Positions 36,557 through 50,300 of a stretch of DNA of 64,000 nucleotides are shown piece by piece. The position numbers were made by a program, and so were the translations under genes. Positions within the stretch are counted from its first letter, which is position 1; each line of letters begins with the position of its first letter. This DNA comes from Eledone cirrhosa (Eukaryota), in NCBI GenBank assembly GCA_964016885.1, contig OZ024742.1, positions 227,850,001-227,914,000 on the forward strand, given 5' to 3'. A model generated the notes under the pieces. That model did no database searches. It was not told where the DNA came from and saw only the letters and a program-made list of their open reading frames with translations.

Positions 36557-36658
36557 CTTTTTGCGCCCCATGTAAACAGTACTTGTGGCCCCACGCCCTA
36601 TTATATTGTTTACATTCCAAATATAATTTTGGGTTTCTCGTAATTGTCCGGATGACAT
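36557..36658 (-). CDS. TBK1: TBK1/IKK-epsilon family kinase, first coding exon (MSSGQLRETQNYIWNVNNIIGRGATSTVYMGRKK)
   Basis: Gly-rich loop GRGATSTV resembles TBK1 GQGATANV. ATG at 36658 with an in-frame upstream TGA at 36757-36755. Donor AAG|gtaata at 36556, phase 0. Probable acceptor tttgtttcag| at 36829 gives about 170 nt of 5'UTR in this exon. Confidence 0.85.
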
Positions 36659-37581
36659 TATCTGTTTCTGTTGTTGATGTTGTCGATGCCACTGCTGCTG
36701 CTGTTGTTGTTTTAATGTAAACACAATAAATGAAGAAAGTGAATGCCATATGCATCACCATTGAAACAATTGATGGACGTTTCCTTTTTGAGTAATCAGG
36801 GCTTTTATCCCCTTGTTCTTACATTAACCTGAAACAAAATGAAAAAAATAATTAAATTTACAGCTCACACGTATGTCATTGTTGTTTCAGCTCATACCTA
36901 TGTATATGTAGCTGGCCTTCTATGAGGTGGCATCTCATATAAGGTTTATTGGATGCTTTAATGATAGGAGTCTCAGTCCTATCATGAAAAGCAACACAAA
37001 ATAAAGCATCTTGTTCAAGAACAAGTGCTTCCCAGTACAGGAAACTAAACTAAGGTCTTATGATTGTGAGTCCAATACACTAACCACTATGATTATTAAT
37101 CAAAGCAATTATAATCTTCTGCAGCAGAAACAGATCAAATCACAACGAAGAGATAAATAAACATCTAGAAATAAATTTTCCCTTAATCTGGTCACTAATC
37201 ATGCATAAAGTTTTACACATTCGGACACACACACATTAAGACATTTTATTTGAGCTATAATTACCCTACAATATTAAAATGAAAATGAAAGGTACTTCAA
37301 TGTTCTGTATATGTAAATTCAGAATAATTTTTTCCTAAAAGAAAAATAAATATTACAATATGCATGGGGTATCACTTTTCCACATATTTGCAGGAAAGCC
37401 ATCTGCTTAAATCAAAAGAACCCATATTTTACATTGTAGGAGGCCTAACTACAGTCAAAGGAAAGCATAGGAGGAAATTAATAGATATTATTGTTTTCAA
37501 ATGAATCCAAAGACTCAGTCTTCATTACAATAACAATGTTAATAAATAACAATAATAAGCATTTTAAGGTCATTTTTCATG

Positions 37582-37797
37582 TTAACCTTTTAGCATTCAC
37601 ATTACTCTATATTTACTATTGTATTTTCATGGTAAACACTTTATCTCACAAAATATCGAATCGACAAAATTTTGATATCATTTATTTTGAGAACAATACC
37701 TTAACAAAAGTATGAGCAGCCGGTTAAGGCTGGTTTGAACAGAAAGAGGTGAGAGAATTCTGACTGGATATGGCCGGTTTAAAAGCTAAAGCGTTAA
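37582..37797. mobile_element. MITE with TTAA flanks (piggyBac-like ends)
   Basis: TTAA-CCTTTTAGC...GCTAAAGCG-TTAA imperfect terminal inverted repeats. Related AT-rich MITE pieces at about 17760-17960, 18600-18950, 30840-30990 and 35640-35800. Confidence 0.5.
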
Positions 37798-38429
37798 AGC
37801 AGGCCTCATTACAAACTTCTCCATTTTGCCTTATCATCCATATCCTCTCTCCCCTTGCATGTTAAATTATGATGATAATGATTAAGATATATGTGTGTGT
37901 ATTGTTGCAGTTCACATCTATGTAGCTTAAGCAGGTCTTTTATGTTGCATCTCATTTGAGGTTTCTGAGGTGTTTTAATGGCCTTAAAATGATTATCATA
38001 TTTATTGGGCGGTGAATTGACAGTATTGGTAGAGCATTCAACAACATGCTTCACGGCATGTAGTTATGGTTCTTTACATTCTGATTTCAAGTCCTGCCAA
38101 AGTTAGCTTAACCTTTCATTTTTATGGGGTCAATAAAATAAAATTCCAGTAATGCATTGGGTCAATTTAATCAATTTTCACCGCCTCCCCAAATTGCTGG
38201 ACTTCTGCCTAAATTAAAACCGTTATTATATTAACATTGTTATTGTACTGAACACAGAATCTTTGGATTCCTTTGTTTCTATATTAGAAAACAATAATGC
38301 TTGTTCTATCATGTTGTCGTTACAACTCACACCTATGTAAGTTTAGCTGGCCTCATACAAGGTAGTATCTCACAGGAGATTTTTCAAGTGTTTTAATGAC
38401 GGAGCCCTAGTCCTATCATTATATATCAA

Positions 38430-40098
38430 CATTATCATTGTTTAATATTCATTTTCCACACTTGCATGGATTAGATGGGTTGTCATGTTATGAGAAATGT
38501 CAGGTCAGGTGACCACATCATGTTCATATAGGTCTGTTTTTCGGTTTGGTTTCTACAGCTGGATGCCCTTCTTAATGCCAACCACATTAAAGAGTGGACT
38601 TCATGCTTTTTATTGTGATGCCAAATCGACCATCTAACAGACTAGACTGGGTGCTTTTTTATCACCAGTATGACCGTCTTACAGGGAGCCATTTGTCATG
38701 AACCAGCACAACTAATTTACAGAGTGGATTGGATGCTGCAACTTATCAAGTTACCAGTACAACCACCCTACAGGGTGGACTGGGTGCTTTTGTTGTCGTG
38801 GCGCCAGATCACCATACAGGGTAGACCAAGTGCATTTTTTGTCGTGGTAGCAGCATTGTGGAAGAGCAGATGTGGAGTGCGTCTAGTTTTCTATGCTTCA
38901 TGCATGAATTAGACAGAACGGGAGAGGTCTATCAGGAGGGTGGAAGGTGGGGTGAGGAACGAGTATGCAAGCTGGTCATGGACGAGGTGAGAGTAATTGT
39001 AGCTAACAGCAGTAATAGCACCCTGAACTTTTTCCATCTTGTTCTTACTCTGGTGACTCTACTTTCAGAACACCCATTTTAACTGATAATTTGGTCACCA
39101 AGGTAACAGAATCAAACTACTTCTACAGAGCCCACTGAGCATTTAATAGAGCTTGCTTCCTGTGAGCTCTTGCTACTTATTGTTCCAACCCATCAACCAC
39201 ATATGAAGCCTACGTTCTTTGCTAGTCTACCTGAGATCCTGCTACATCTATTGCGTACCCATACTTTACATTTGGGACACAGGATGGAATTTCTACCTAC
39301 TCCTTTCTTGCACAGAGCAAGGCCATTTTCCTGAAGAAATCAATGCCTTTTTTCCTTTCAATATACTAGGATTTTAGTCTTTGCCAAGTCAACTTTAAGA
39401 CCATATATATATATGGCAGGATGGGGAAAGTAGAGAACACTATCAGATGGCTAGGAGAGAGCTAAGCGACAAGTGTACGTTGTAAGAAGGGAAGTAGAGG
39501 ATAGAAAGTTCAAGCATGTTCTACAATGGCGGGATGGGGGAAGTAGAGAACACTATTAGGTGGTTAGGAGAGAAGCTAGGCGACAAGTGTACTTTGCAAG
39601 TGACTTGGAAAAAGCCTTTGACAGTGTCCTCCGCTCCATTATCTGGTGGGCCCTTAGAAAACTAGGAGTAGATGAATAGCTTGTGAGAGCTATACAAGCC
39701 ATGTATAGAGGAACAGTCAGCAAGGTTAGAATTAACAATGAATATATTGATGCATTTAGTGTAAAAGTAGGTGTTTATCAAGGCTGTGTCCTTAGCCCCC
39801 TCCTGTTTATTATTGCCTTACAGGCTATTACAGAAGAGTTTAAGACCAGCTGCCCATGTGAACTTCTATATGTCAATGATCTAACTCTCATAGCTGAATC
39901 TATGGTTGAACTAGAGAAGAAATTCCAAACATGGAAGAATGGCCTAGAATCAAAAGGGCATCTAGCCGTAAAAAACCTGCCAGATACAGTCCTATACCAG
40001 CAAGACACAGTCACCCGATCAATCTTGCCTCAAGTGGGACAATTCCCATCTAACCTATGCTAGTGTGGAAGATAGACATTAAACGATGATAATGATGA

Positions 40099-40100
<2 letters not shown>
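38430..40100. mobile_element. Rearranged RTE fragments: minus strand about 38430-39400, plus strand about 39415-40100
   Basis: RTE 3'UTR and PHD region on minus. RT segment (AIQAMYRG..VLSPLLF) joined directly to the tail on plus. Confidence 0.75.
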
Positions 40101-40152
<52 letters not shown>

Positions 40153-40373
40153 AGCAAGTGTAGCACCAAAAAAAGTATATGCATGTAGCAATACCTGTGG
40201 GTGTGAAAAGGAAAAAGGAAAACAGTGTTCAATCAGGAAGAGAACAGAAATATTATATTCTTTATTCATGTTGATACATGGAACAAAAGTGCTCAAATTT
40301 GACCATACTTCCAGAATACAAGAGACATCAAATTAGTGACCTTTCTTCAGGCACTTATATGAGTTTATCTTGT

Positions 40374-40466
40374 ATAAGAGCCTGAAGAAAGGTCACTAAT
40401 TTGATGCCTCTTGTATTCTGGAGGTATGGTCAAATTTGGACCTTGAAACCTTGGGTAGAGCTTTTG
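40374..40466 (+). ncRNA. Hammerhead-like motif with a long stem II, preceded by its own inverted partial copy (40294-40360)
   Basis: CTGAAGA-aaggtc..aatttga-tgcctc(loop)gaggta..tcaaatt..gacctt-GAAA-cc(ttg)gg-TA. Stem I pairs only with a 2-nt offset. Confidence 0.45.
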
Positions 40467-40767
40467 TTTTGTGTATGAACATAAATAATATAATATAATA
40501 TAATATAATATATATATATCTATATATATAAACACACACACATATATATGAAGGATTAGGAGGTCATGCGTCACTACAAGCCTGAAACTGCTACAATTAA
40601 ATAATATCTTTAATATTTTAACAAAATTTAGTAGACAAAAATACCGCCACTTTCTTACTTGGAAAAAATTACATCTATGGTGCAAATTTAGTGCCGTTTG
40701 GTTCAGCCGTTTGGCGAAAAGTTTGTTACATACATACGGCCGTCAGCTTTATTAGTATAGATAGATA

Positions 40768-42219
40768 TGTTTCTTTATTAGCCACAGGGGCACAAAAGAA
40801 GGGGAAAAATTCAAAGGGGGAAGTTTACATACAATAAAAACGTGTAAAATATTATCACAAATGTAATTTAAAAGTTAATTGATTTTCCCCAATAGGGGAG
40901 ACATTTCATATGTTTAACACATACCCCCCAAAAATGTGCAACCCTCATCTCCAGGAGTATGAAGAGTTTGTACCCCTTTCCTCTCTTCCTCTTTTTCCTC
41001 AAACTACAGGCTGATATAGAGAGAAGGCCCATTCACTCGGGCCATTCTCGCCACTTTCACCCACCTTTCATAAAACTTGCTGGGGTACAGCACCTCTCTC
41101 TCCATCCTGATTCTTCTTCCAAAGTGGTGTTTGAAAAAAAGAATCAGTTGTTGGCCGGAGAGAAAGGTGTCTGACCTCAGCCCTTTTAACATCGTCCACC
41201 AAACAAACTCTTTTGCCATAGCTATCACACAAAGGAAAACCACCTCTCCTTCGTTTTTGAAGGAGGGTGGCGGTTTGATTATGACAATGGATTCGGTGGT
41301 CAACTGGATTGGTCCCACCCGCGATAATAGTCGTTCTACATAGCCCCACAGGTCGGTAACGCCCGGGCAGTGTACAAATGCGTGCGCGACGGTTTCCTCG
41401 TTGCGCACGCATCTCGGACAGATCTTTTTCGAAGGGTCCCTGCCTGGGCGCCCGGTCTGTAGAGCTTGTCTCGAACTGGTAGAGCTTCTCGGTAGCACTG
41501 CCAGGCCAGAGACTTTTGGAAGTTGTCCATCGGTCCCGGGTGGAAGGTTCTACCGAACAGACTGGCCAGTTCATCTTCTTCTATGCCTAGAGTTTCTCCG
41601 AGTACGTCGTCGCACTTGCTGCAGACCAACCCTCTATAGAATGACAAAGTGGAGTCTCCACTGATCGCTGGGTCCGCCTGCCAGAGGGCTGTGAGCGCCT
41701 GAGCACATTCGATGTGCCAGTCACCCATTTTCTTCGGTCTTTGCTTGACCCAGGACTGCAGCTTGGTCAGCGAGACGAGTCGTGGGAATGCTCGCCTCAC
41801 GAACAGGGCCCACACTGGTTGTCCGGTGAGGAATACGTGGAGGTGCCGCAGCCTGAGCGCGTGTTTGCGCATCGTCAGCCACGGCATCCCCAGCCCTCCA
41901 TTTGAAGGGTGTTGGCAGCAGATGGATCTTCTCACTAAAGGAGCCCGCTTCTTCCAAAGGAATTGGAAGAGTGCACGCTCCATTTTGGTGAGCGTTTTGG
42001 CTGGACAAGGAACGACAGTCAAGCGGACCAAACCAGACCCCGAGCAGCTTTACCGGTCCTTCCGGCCAGCGTCCGACGATGCCATTGGAAGGCATCGGTT
42101 TGCCTTTCCACGATCCGAGTTGCAAACCGATGGACTTGTCCCGGTTCAGCTTCGCTCCTGTGAACCTTTCGTATTCCTTCAGTAAGGTGCCAACTTCCTC
42201 GATTTGTGAGGTGCTCGAC
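40768..42219 (-). mobile_element. 5'-truncated L1/Tx1-clade LINE (RT C-terminus and zf-RVT)
   Basis: GAKLNRDKS, LLGVWF, FQFLW..GGLG and CPRC..EETVAHAFVHCP. AATAAA near the 3' end. Flanked by ATAGATAT. Confidence 0.85.
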
Positions 42220-42224
42220 ATAGA

Positions 42225-45200
42225 TATACTGCTACTACTAAAACTCTGTGATTATGTGCTTGTCTGTAATTTAATACAGCCTAAACGGCGCATAATGGGA
42301 AAATATTTTGAAAGGAAGTTGCCTCTGAAATGGGAATACAAATGGAATAAAACAAGTTTTGAGTAAATCAGAGCATGGATTGCCAAGATAAGGGGTTTTT
42401 CTGGGTATCTTCATAAATAGAGAGAGAGAAAGATAGAGAGAAAGAGATAGTGGTTGTGAGAGAGTAGATTGAAAGAGAGACAATATTGGCAAAATTTGAC
42501 CAATGTAAAACAAAAATTTTGACCTCGCTCTCCACATGTTAAAACAACAAGAGGAAATTAACATTCTCAATACGATTCTATGTTAATTTGAGGCTCAAGA
42601 AGATTTATCGTAGCTCAATTTAGTGCATTTTTTCATAGAAATATGTTTACTTAATTTGTCCATTTCTTAAAATTCTGACTCAAACTTGATATTTGAAGCC
42701 TTGGATTCGTGCTCCGTTTCCCCTCTCACCCCATGGGAATACACCATTTCAACAAGTAGCTTCAATATGTTATGAACAGCCATGGTATTCCACTTTTTAT
42801 TGACTTTGCACTTTTGTGCCATCTTGTGGCCAGAATTGGCAATGGTCGTATTGAATTAGGAGAAATTTTTCTTTCTTATGGATAAAAACCTTGAAGAAAA
42901 TATGTCCTTTTCTAAGTGAAAATTAATGATAAAATTTTCACTTTTATATTTCATAATGACCTTCATCAATTTTTATATCAAAATAAAGCCAAAATAGTCC
43001 TCTTAATGACTGTATCATTTTCAACACAAATCAAGTTATAAGTCTCCAGTGCCTTGAACTAGAACTATCATTACTGTTCAGCAGTCATAAATGAAAGTTG
43101 TCCATGGAAAAAAATGTATTTTAACATGAAAATGATCAAGCAAAAAATGAATTTTTGCATGGTCAAACTCTGTTTGTCGCCCCTTCTCAGAGCTCTAATG
43201 TGATACCTAGTGATACATAGGGCTGGCAGATTGTTTCAGCAGTATTTAGTGGATGTCTATGTGAAAGTAGAGGGATGCAGGCTTTAATATATGAGGAACA
43301 ATCAAGCCCAATTGCAAGTGGGTGAGTATAATGGATTATCTAAATAGAGGAGCAGATGATATCACTGAGCCTGGGGTGCCTTTATTTTGCCATCTTCATT
43401 CACTAGCAGTCCAAGAAACATGCATCAGTACTTTCAGGATGCTATGACAATTGTTGCAAAATATGGCAAGCCAGATCTTTTTATAACTTATACATGCAAC
43501 TCTAAATGCTCTGATATTCAAAATAATCTAAATCAAAATGAAGCATCAGAAAACAACCAGATTTAGTTGCCAGAAATTTTTATGGCTCAGCTTTCTGAAA
43601 TGATGAAAGATATCAAAGAAAGACATGTTCTTAGCATGCCAGTGGCTCATGTTCACATCATTGAGTTCCAAAAAAGATGACTTCCTCATTGCCATATGTT
43701 GGTCATTTTAAGAAATGAAGACAAGTTTTGAAATAGAGAAGACATTGACAGAATCGTGTCTGTGTATCGGAAGACAATCTGGTACTATATGAGTAGGTTA
43801 AAACGTTTATGATCCATGGGCCATGTGGTTCTGGAAATCCTTCTTTCCAATGCATGCAAAATGGATTTTGCCAAAAGAATTATCCAAAAACCTACAAAGA
43901 GTTTTAGAGGAGATGGTCACCATTTTAGAAGATGCGTTGTTCAACAATTTAGAGGGGTAGTTCATTTCCCTAGCTTGGTTGAATGAACATCTCTTCTATA
44001 GGTTGTTGTAGGTGTATGTGTAACAAACGATTAAAAAAGGGACATACCTCGATGATTATATATACATAAGCATTTTTAATCAGTGAAATAAACAAGGCAG
44101 GTTATTATATCTGTTGCTCCTTGATTTTGTGTCAGATATTATCATGAAGTGGATGTGTTTAAATGTCTCGTTGACCGCATGGTGCAATATAGATGTTACG
44201 TGCCAGTAAATACGTCTGGTCTTGTCAAGGGCCAAAGTCGAAGAGAGGAAGTCTTTAGCTAATGACGTAAGAACGTGATGTCAGAACTAAGGGCAGTTAA
44301 TAGACTGTTTCTAAAGTCAAAAACCAGGTGGCGTCATCTTGCTACATGGCCTCCCACCAGATTTTTAAAAAGGAAATAAAAATCGGTTCATCGGACCATG
44401 TATGTAGAAAGATGATGAGCAACTAGCAAAAAAATTTAAACCAAGGAGCAATCAGCCCAACTGAGCATGAAGGGTACAACAAATTCAAAAAACATATGAA
44501 AGAAGCATACAAGAACGGAAAAAAAAAAAAAATTTTTTTAAATAAAATGTAAATACAATTTTTAAAAGTTCAATGTTGAAGATTGCTCTTCTGTAAAAGC
44601 GTCAAGTACTTCTTTAAATATGTTTACAAGGGGCATGATTGTGTGTCTATAGAAGTACCCATAATGCATTACCTAATGATGATCAGAACCAACACAACCA
44701 TGATGAAATAAGAAACTATCTTGATTACAAGTATGTATCTCTGCCTGAAGCAGTGTGGCGTCTCTCTGAATTTAAGCTTCAGGGTATGTCACATACAGTG
44801 TACATGTTAGCTAAACACCTGGAGAACTAACAGAGAGTTTACTTTCAAAGAGGCAATGCTCAGATCACAGTAGAAACACAAGGACACCAAGACATGGCCC
44901 TTACTATCTGGTGCGAGCTTAATGAAGAGGACGAAAATGCAAGCAGCTACCTATATCCAGAAATTCCTGAACACCATGTGTTCAGTGAAACCAACAGGAA
45001 ACGAATACCAAGAAGACAGAAGAATAACTAATTTCATTTAAGAATATTGTTACTTCACTTGCCAGTCTAAGAGTTTTGAAGAATTATGAACAGTGGAGGG
45101 AGAAATATTTCTAACCTTCAAAGAGGCATGTTTGATACTTGGTCTTATTGAAAATGATGACTATTTCAGCCAAGCTCTGCAAGAAGCTGTTAACCACCAC

Positions 45201-46439
45201 ATACCAACACAACTTTGCATGATGTTTGCTGCTGTGTGTTTCTTTTGTGCCAGCCAATGTACTGCAACTATGGAACAGCCATAAGAGTCAATGATTGAGG
45301 ACTATTTGCATGAAGGGATAGATGGCCAGCAAGCTGAAAGTATGGCACTTAATTACATTAACACAATATTGATTGAAAATGATAGCAACTGTGCAAGACT
45401 GGGCTTACCTCAGCCCATTGAGATGCTTGAATCTGAACCCCAAGCTGACATAAACCACACTGGTATTTATTCTCTTACTGAAAAGCAATGAGTAATTGCT
45501 GATACTGTAATTGATGCCATTCAAGAGAGTAGAAAAGGTGAAAGGCCTGCACATACCTGTTCAGTACACTGATTTCTCACCTCTAGATGAATAACTATGT
45601 GTGTTGAAGTGCAGCATCTACACTGCTGGGAAGTAGAACAGAGACCAATGTGCATAATGTGACTGACTCATCTGACCATGCCAATAGCTTATGGAACCCT
45701 GGATCTCATAATACTGGATGAGGCTTCTATAATTCCTTCCTATGCAGTTCATGCCACTGACAAGTACTTTCAAGACATCACTGGTGTCAATGAAGTGTTT
45801 GAAGGAAAGGTTTTGTTTCTGGGAAGGTGACTTCAAGCAAGTGCTGCCAATATTAGAAAGGGGTACCCATGAAGCCACATTAGAAATATGCATTAAAAAC
45901 TCCCATCTGTGGCACTTCTTTCAACATTTTACATTAAACAATGTTAGAGTGAGAGAAGATCAGAGAGAGATCAGAAGTGGCTACTACATCTTGGCAAAGG
46001 AACAACACCTCAAATTGAAGAACTGAGTATGAATGAAGATGAAGTTGAAGTGACTTCATTTTCACATGTAAATGACTCTTTAGTGAAATAGACTTCCAGC
46101 AATACAACACAACAAGAGAAAAGAACACAAATAATTTTATCTGCCAAAAATGCTGATTGTTTTGTGTAAATTAATTGTATATAATGTAAAGTAATTATGA
46201 TAAAATACTGCGTAATATGGAATATGCAATTATATATTGATCTTCCAGCTTCAATAGAATTAAATACTAATGAATGATATGTATAAGTATAGTATAGATT
46301 GTTAATGCATATTTTTGTATCATTCATTGCACAGGCAATAATAAGATATATATGCAATATAAATACAAATCATACTTTCTTTCTTAAATAGATCTCTTAA
46401 TTTTTTTTTATTCCATGGAATTTCCACAGGTCCTGCTAG
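42225..46439 (+). mobile_element. Degenerate Helitron (Rep and helicase remnants)
   Basis: FQQYLVD, ILPSSF..SPRNM, GKPDLFITYTCN, EFQKR*LPHCH (HUH), KYFFKYVYKG and GDFKQVLP. Decayed hairpin plus CTAG|T at 46413-46440. The 5' boundary is approximate. Confidence 0.8.
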
Positions 46440-46681
46440 TATATTATATGTTTATAGATATAATGAATAAGATTTATGAAAGAAATGAATCAATAGAAAT
46501 TTATCAGAGAAAAAAGAGAGCTGAGAATGAGAGAGATGGAGAGTGACGTGTGAAAAAGTTTTGACAAAAGAAATTTGCTCATCCAGGGGATGAAAATATA
46601 CTATATTAATATATATGAATATATAGATGTATGTATGTGTGTGTATATATATATGTATGAAAAGCGGACATAAAATGATGA

Positions 46682-47125
46682 TAATAATTGTTTCTACTTT
46701 TGGCACAAGGCCAGCAATTATCCAGTGTATTACCGGTACTTTATTTTATCGACCCCGTAAGGATGAAAGGCAAAGTTAACCTCGGCGGGGATGATAATAA
46801 TGATATATATATATATATATAATAATAATTGTTTCTACTTTAGGCACAAGGCCAGCAATTACCCAGTGCATTACTGGTACTTTATTTTATCGACCCCGTA
46901 AGGATGAAAGGCAAAGTCAACCTCTATATATATATAATAATAATTGTTTCTACGTTAGGCACAAGGCCAGCAATTACCCAGTGTATTACTGGTACTTTAT
47001 TTTATCGACCCCGTAAGGATGAAAGGCAAAGTTAACCTCGGCGGGATTTGAACTCAGAATGGCAAGGGCCGTAACTCTATGCGCTAAAGCATGGCATCCG
47101 ACACTCTACCAATACTGTCAATCCA
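46682..47125 (-). repeat. SINE whose 3' half (about 110 bp) is tandemly triplicated with (TA)n spacers
   Basis: ataattgtttctactt..ggcacaaggccagcaatt..gaaaggcaaag at about 46684, 46825 and 46940. Confidence 0.8.
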
Positions 47126-47344
47126 AATAATAATGTGTGAAAATAGCATTACAAATTGTTCATAATTTTTTCAGAATGAAAATATAAATACAAATATAAA
47201 CATGTGTAATAAATACAATTAATTATTGCTTGGAACCTCACAAGTATGATGCACAAAAGATATGATCAAAGTGAAAAATAAAAAAAAATAAAAATAAACA
47301 AAAACAACCATTAATTCATCACCAAGTGAGACAATTGGCTGCTC

Positions 47345-50300
47345 GACAGAAGTCAACAGAAATGTTTGAGGCAAGCTAACACACTCGCAGAATTACCGCG
47401 GATGATGGCGAGGCTATGGCACTGAAACAACCAGGCACCCTCACAGGCATCCCCTGCCACCTCAGTAAGGCGAGTCGCAAACAATGACAAGAAATTCACT
47501 GTCAGCGGCCCAACTCCACTAATCATCTTAAACGCCACAGGCTAGAAAAAATAGTAGTTTGATAGTTCCGGCTATTTTTGGATTTTATTCCATTCAGCAA
47601 TGGAAGTAGTAACCCTCTTATTTGCCGCAGCATCCATGATGTAGGAGGGAGCAAAAGAGTCACTGATCGAGGCATCCCAGATAAGATATCTGCCTCTTAT
47701 CCAGAGAAAAAGGGTAAGACCATATAGTCTCTTCCTATCACTTCTGGATAATCCAGCCGGCTTGAGAACTGAGAGGATATTTACCTGAGCTAGAGCCCAC
47801 TTAATGATCAGGTTTAGCTTGGAGTGGTGGGCAAGGTGACAAACATTCATGCAGCAGGACAAACCATGGCAGCCTGTGGAGTCAAGGAACCTACCACAGT
47901 GACATCTCAAACCTCACAGACGTCAGCTCCAACATAAGAGTTCAATGGAGATGTGGAGCTCGTCCAGACTGAGAAGACCACCAATCTTGGCCACAGGCAC
48001 TCCTCCAAGAACTATGCACTTGCAGAAAGTAAGTGGCACATAGAAAATTGATTAAATTGAAAAAAGGGACAGTTAAAAGCATCATCCAGACACCAGACAT
48101 TCAAATCCAGGTCAGCTCCCATCTTGGTGACGTCATCAATACCCAGTGTAAAAAGAACAGGTCTGAGCGGTTCACCCTGTTGCACCCCTGAGGCAGATAG
48201 GATGAAATGGTCACCGGAGAGGTAGGAGTGCTCCCAATAGGCTTTCGAAGCAAATTGGTAAAGCTGTGAGGCCCTCGCCTTTACTGAATGGAGGATTACA
48301 TCCCAACAGATGGAATTGAAAGCGTTCCTGAGATCTAGCTTGAGGAGAACTAAGGGTCTCAGAAGGCAAGTTGGTAAATGCTTTGGTGGCGTGAGCGGCA
48401 GCCACACAGCCAAGTTTGGTGTCCACCTCTAGCTGAATAGAGGAAAATTCGGCAGACAGGCAGTCTGAACTCAAGGACAGACACACTTTCACAATGTGCT
48501 CTCAACTGCTATGGGGCGGTGGTCACCATTGGGCTTTGTGAGGCCAAACAGTTTAGCCCCAAAGAACAGGGTGTGAATATAATGGAGGACACTCTCGGAC
48601 GAGAATAGGCTAACATACAGGGTGAGGTTATCCAGCTAACAAGGAGACACTGTCCTTGAGGTGCTGAGGTTGTAGATCATCAATCCCTGCACTAGAACCC
48701 ACAGGAATGGATATAATTGCCTTCCTGACATTATCTGGGGTGAAGATAGGTGGAAATAACCTGGTGGATTGGGCCAGTGCAAGTGGTCATCCAGAGGGGC
48801 CAGAGGATGTTTCTCCCTCAGTCAATTGTGTGAATCAGTAGTGCACTAGGCAAGAGGAGACAGAGAATGTGAACAGTTCCTTTAATGTCAAATTCATTGA
48901 ATTTGGCATTGATGGCCTTCTTTCAGTTTGGTGATCACCCATTGTTTGGAACTGAGTTGATCACCAACCTGAGTTAAGCAATAGTTGAGACTAGCAGTTT
49001 AGCCCGGCGTTGCTTGGGTTTGTTCATTTGCTATGAAAAGTTACGTACAGGTAAACATGGCTTGAAAGCGAATAAGCTTATCAATTAAGTGCATAAAGCA
49101 GTTGAACCGGTTATTAAATGTTACGAACCAATTAGCATTTTCGACAATTGATGATGGGTTAATAATCTTCCAATAGCGAATTTAGTAGACCAAAGTTGCA
49201 AGATGGTGGCCCTGATACCACTGGGTGTCAGATCTTTCCGCCATGGGTGACCTTACCAGGAAATAGTTTTCCAGACGGCATAGCTCCAACACCTCCACCA
49301 ACATCTATAGCACCTCTTTGTAGACGATATTGCGTGTCATCCCTTGAGGAGTGTAAGCAAAATGTCCATTCCTGCTCCCTACGCGGGAACAGGCAACATA
49401 AAGTTGGCCATGGGAGAAGCATGGCTCCCCCAAATGGATGCCTGCCACCGACAATGTTTGCCCTTGTGACTTGTTAATGGACATGGCAAAACCTGGTCTC
49501 ACCGGGAATTGGGATCGCCTGAAATCGAACGGGGTATCTGACGCCGAGAGGAAAAGGTTCATCCTTGGAATGAAAACATTCTCCCCTCTCCTGCACCCCG
49601 TTACAATGATGGCCTCAATCAAGTGTGGCGTCAGTGACTTGACGACCATGCGAGTACCGTTGCACTGCGGTGGACGCAAGTTCCTTATTAGCATAATGGG
49701 ACAGCCAACCCTAAGCTTAAGAATGTGAGGTGGGAGCCCTGGGGGCTCAAGGGAATTTAATAACTCAACTGGATAATTAACGATATCGTCTGAGTCTGAC
49801 GTCCGGTCGATAGATTTGAAGATGTGCTCTTTACCGGGAATCTTCTCAATCAGCTGCTCGTTAATAAAATTAACTATGGTATTTTTCGGAGCAAGAATGG
49901 CTCTTTCGCTGAGCCAATTGAGGTTTTTAAAGTTAGATGAGACATTAGGAAAAACTGCTTCCCAAAGGTCAGAAGGGCTGCTCACAATGTTGCACAGGGA
50001 GTCAATTGCTATGCCGCCCTTGTCATCCGCAGGGACCTTGCCCTCACCAAGTGCTAAAATGTTCTGAGCAAATGCTGCAGACATGTCACCATGCAAATGA
50101 ATACGCATATTTATGCTCAGGTACAAACTCTTCACCTGGAGCCAAAACATGGATGACTTAAGGCAGGCATGCACTTCATCAGCTCTTGTCCCTTTGGGGA
50201 TGACAGGCAGCATTTGCCGAAAATCCCCTGATAGCAGAAGGGTTACGCCACCCATAGGAGCCGTAGAATCCCTAATGTCTTTCAGGGTCCTGTCCAATGC

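Noticed and set aside
36659-36724. Poly-Q N-terminal extension of TBK1 (MFTLKQQQQ...)
   Set aside because: It starts at GTG, with an in-frame stop upstream and no in-frame ATG, so it is treated as 5'UTR microsatellite.
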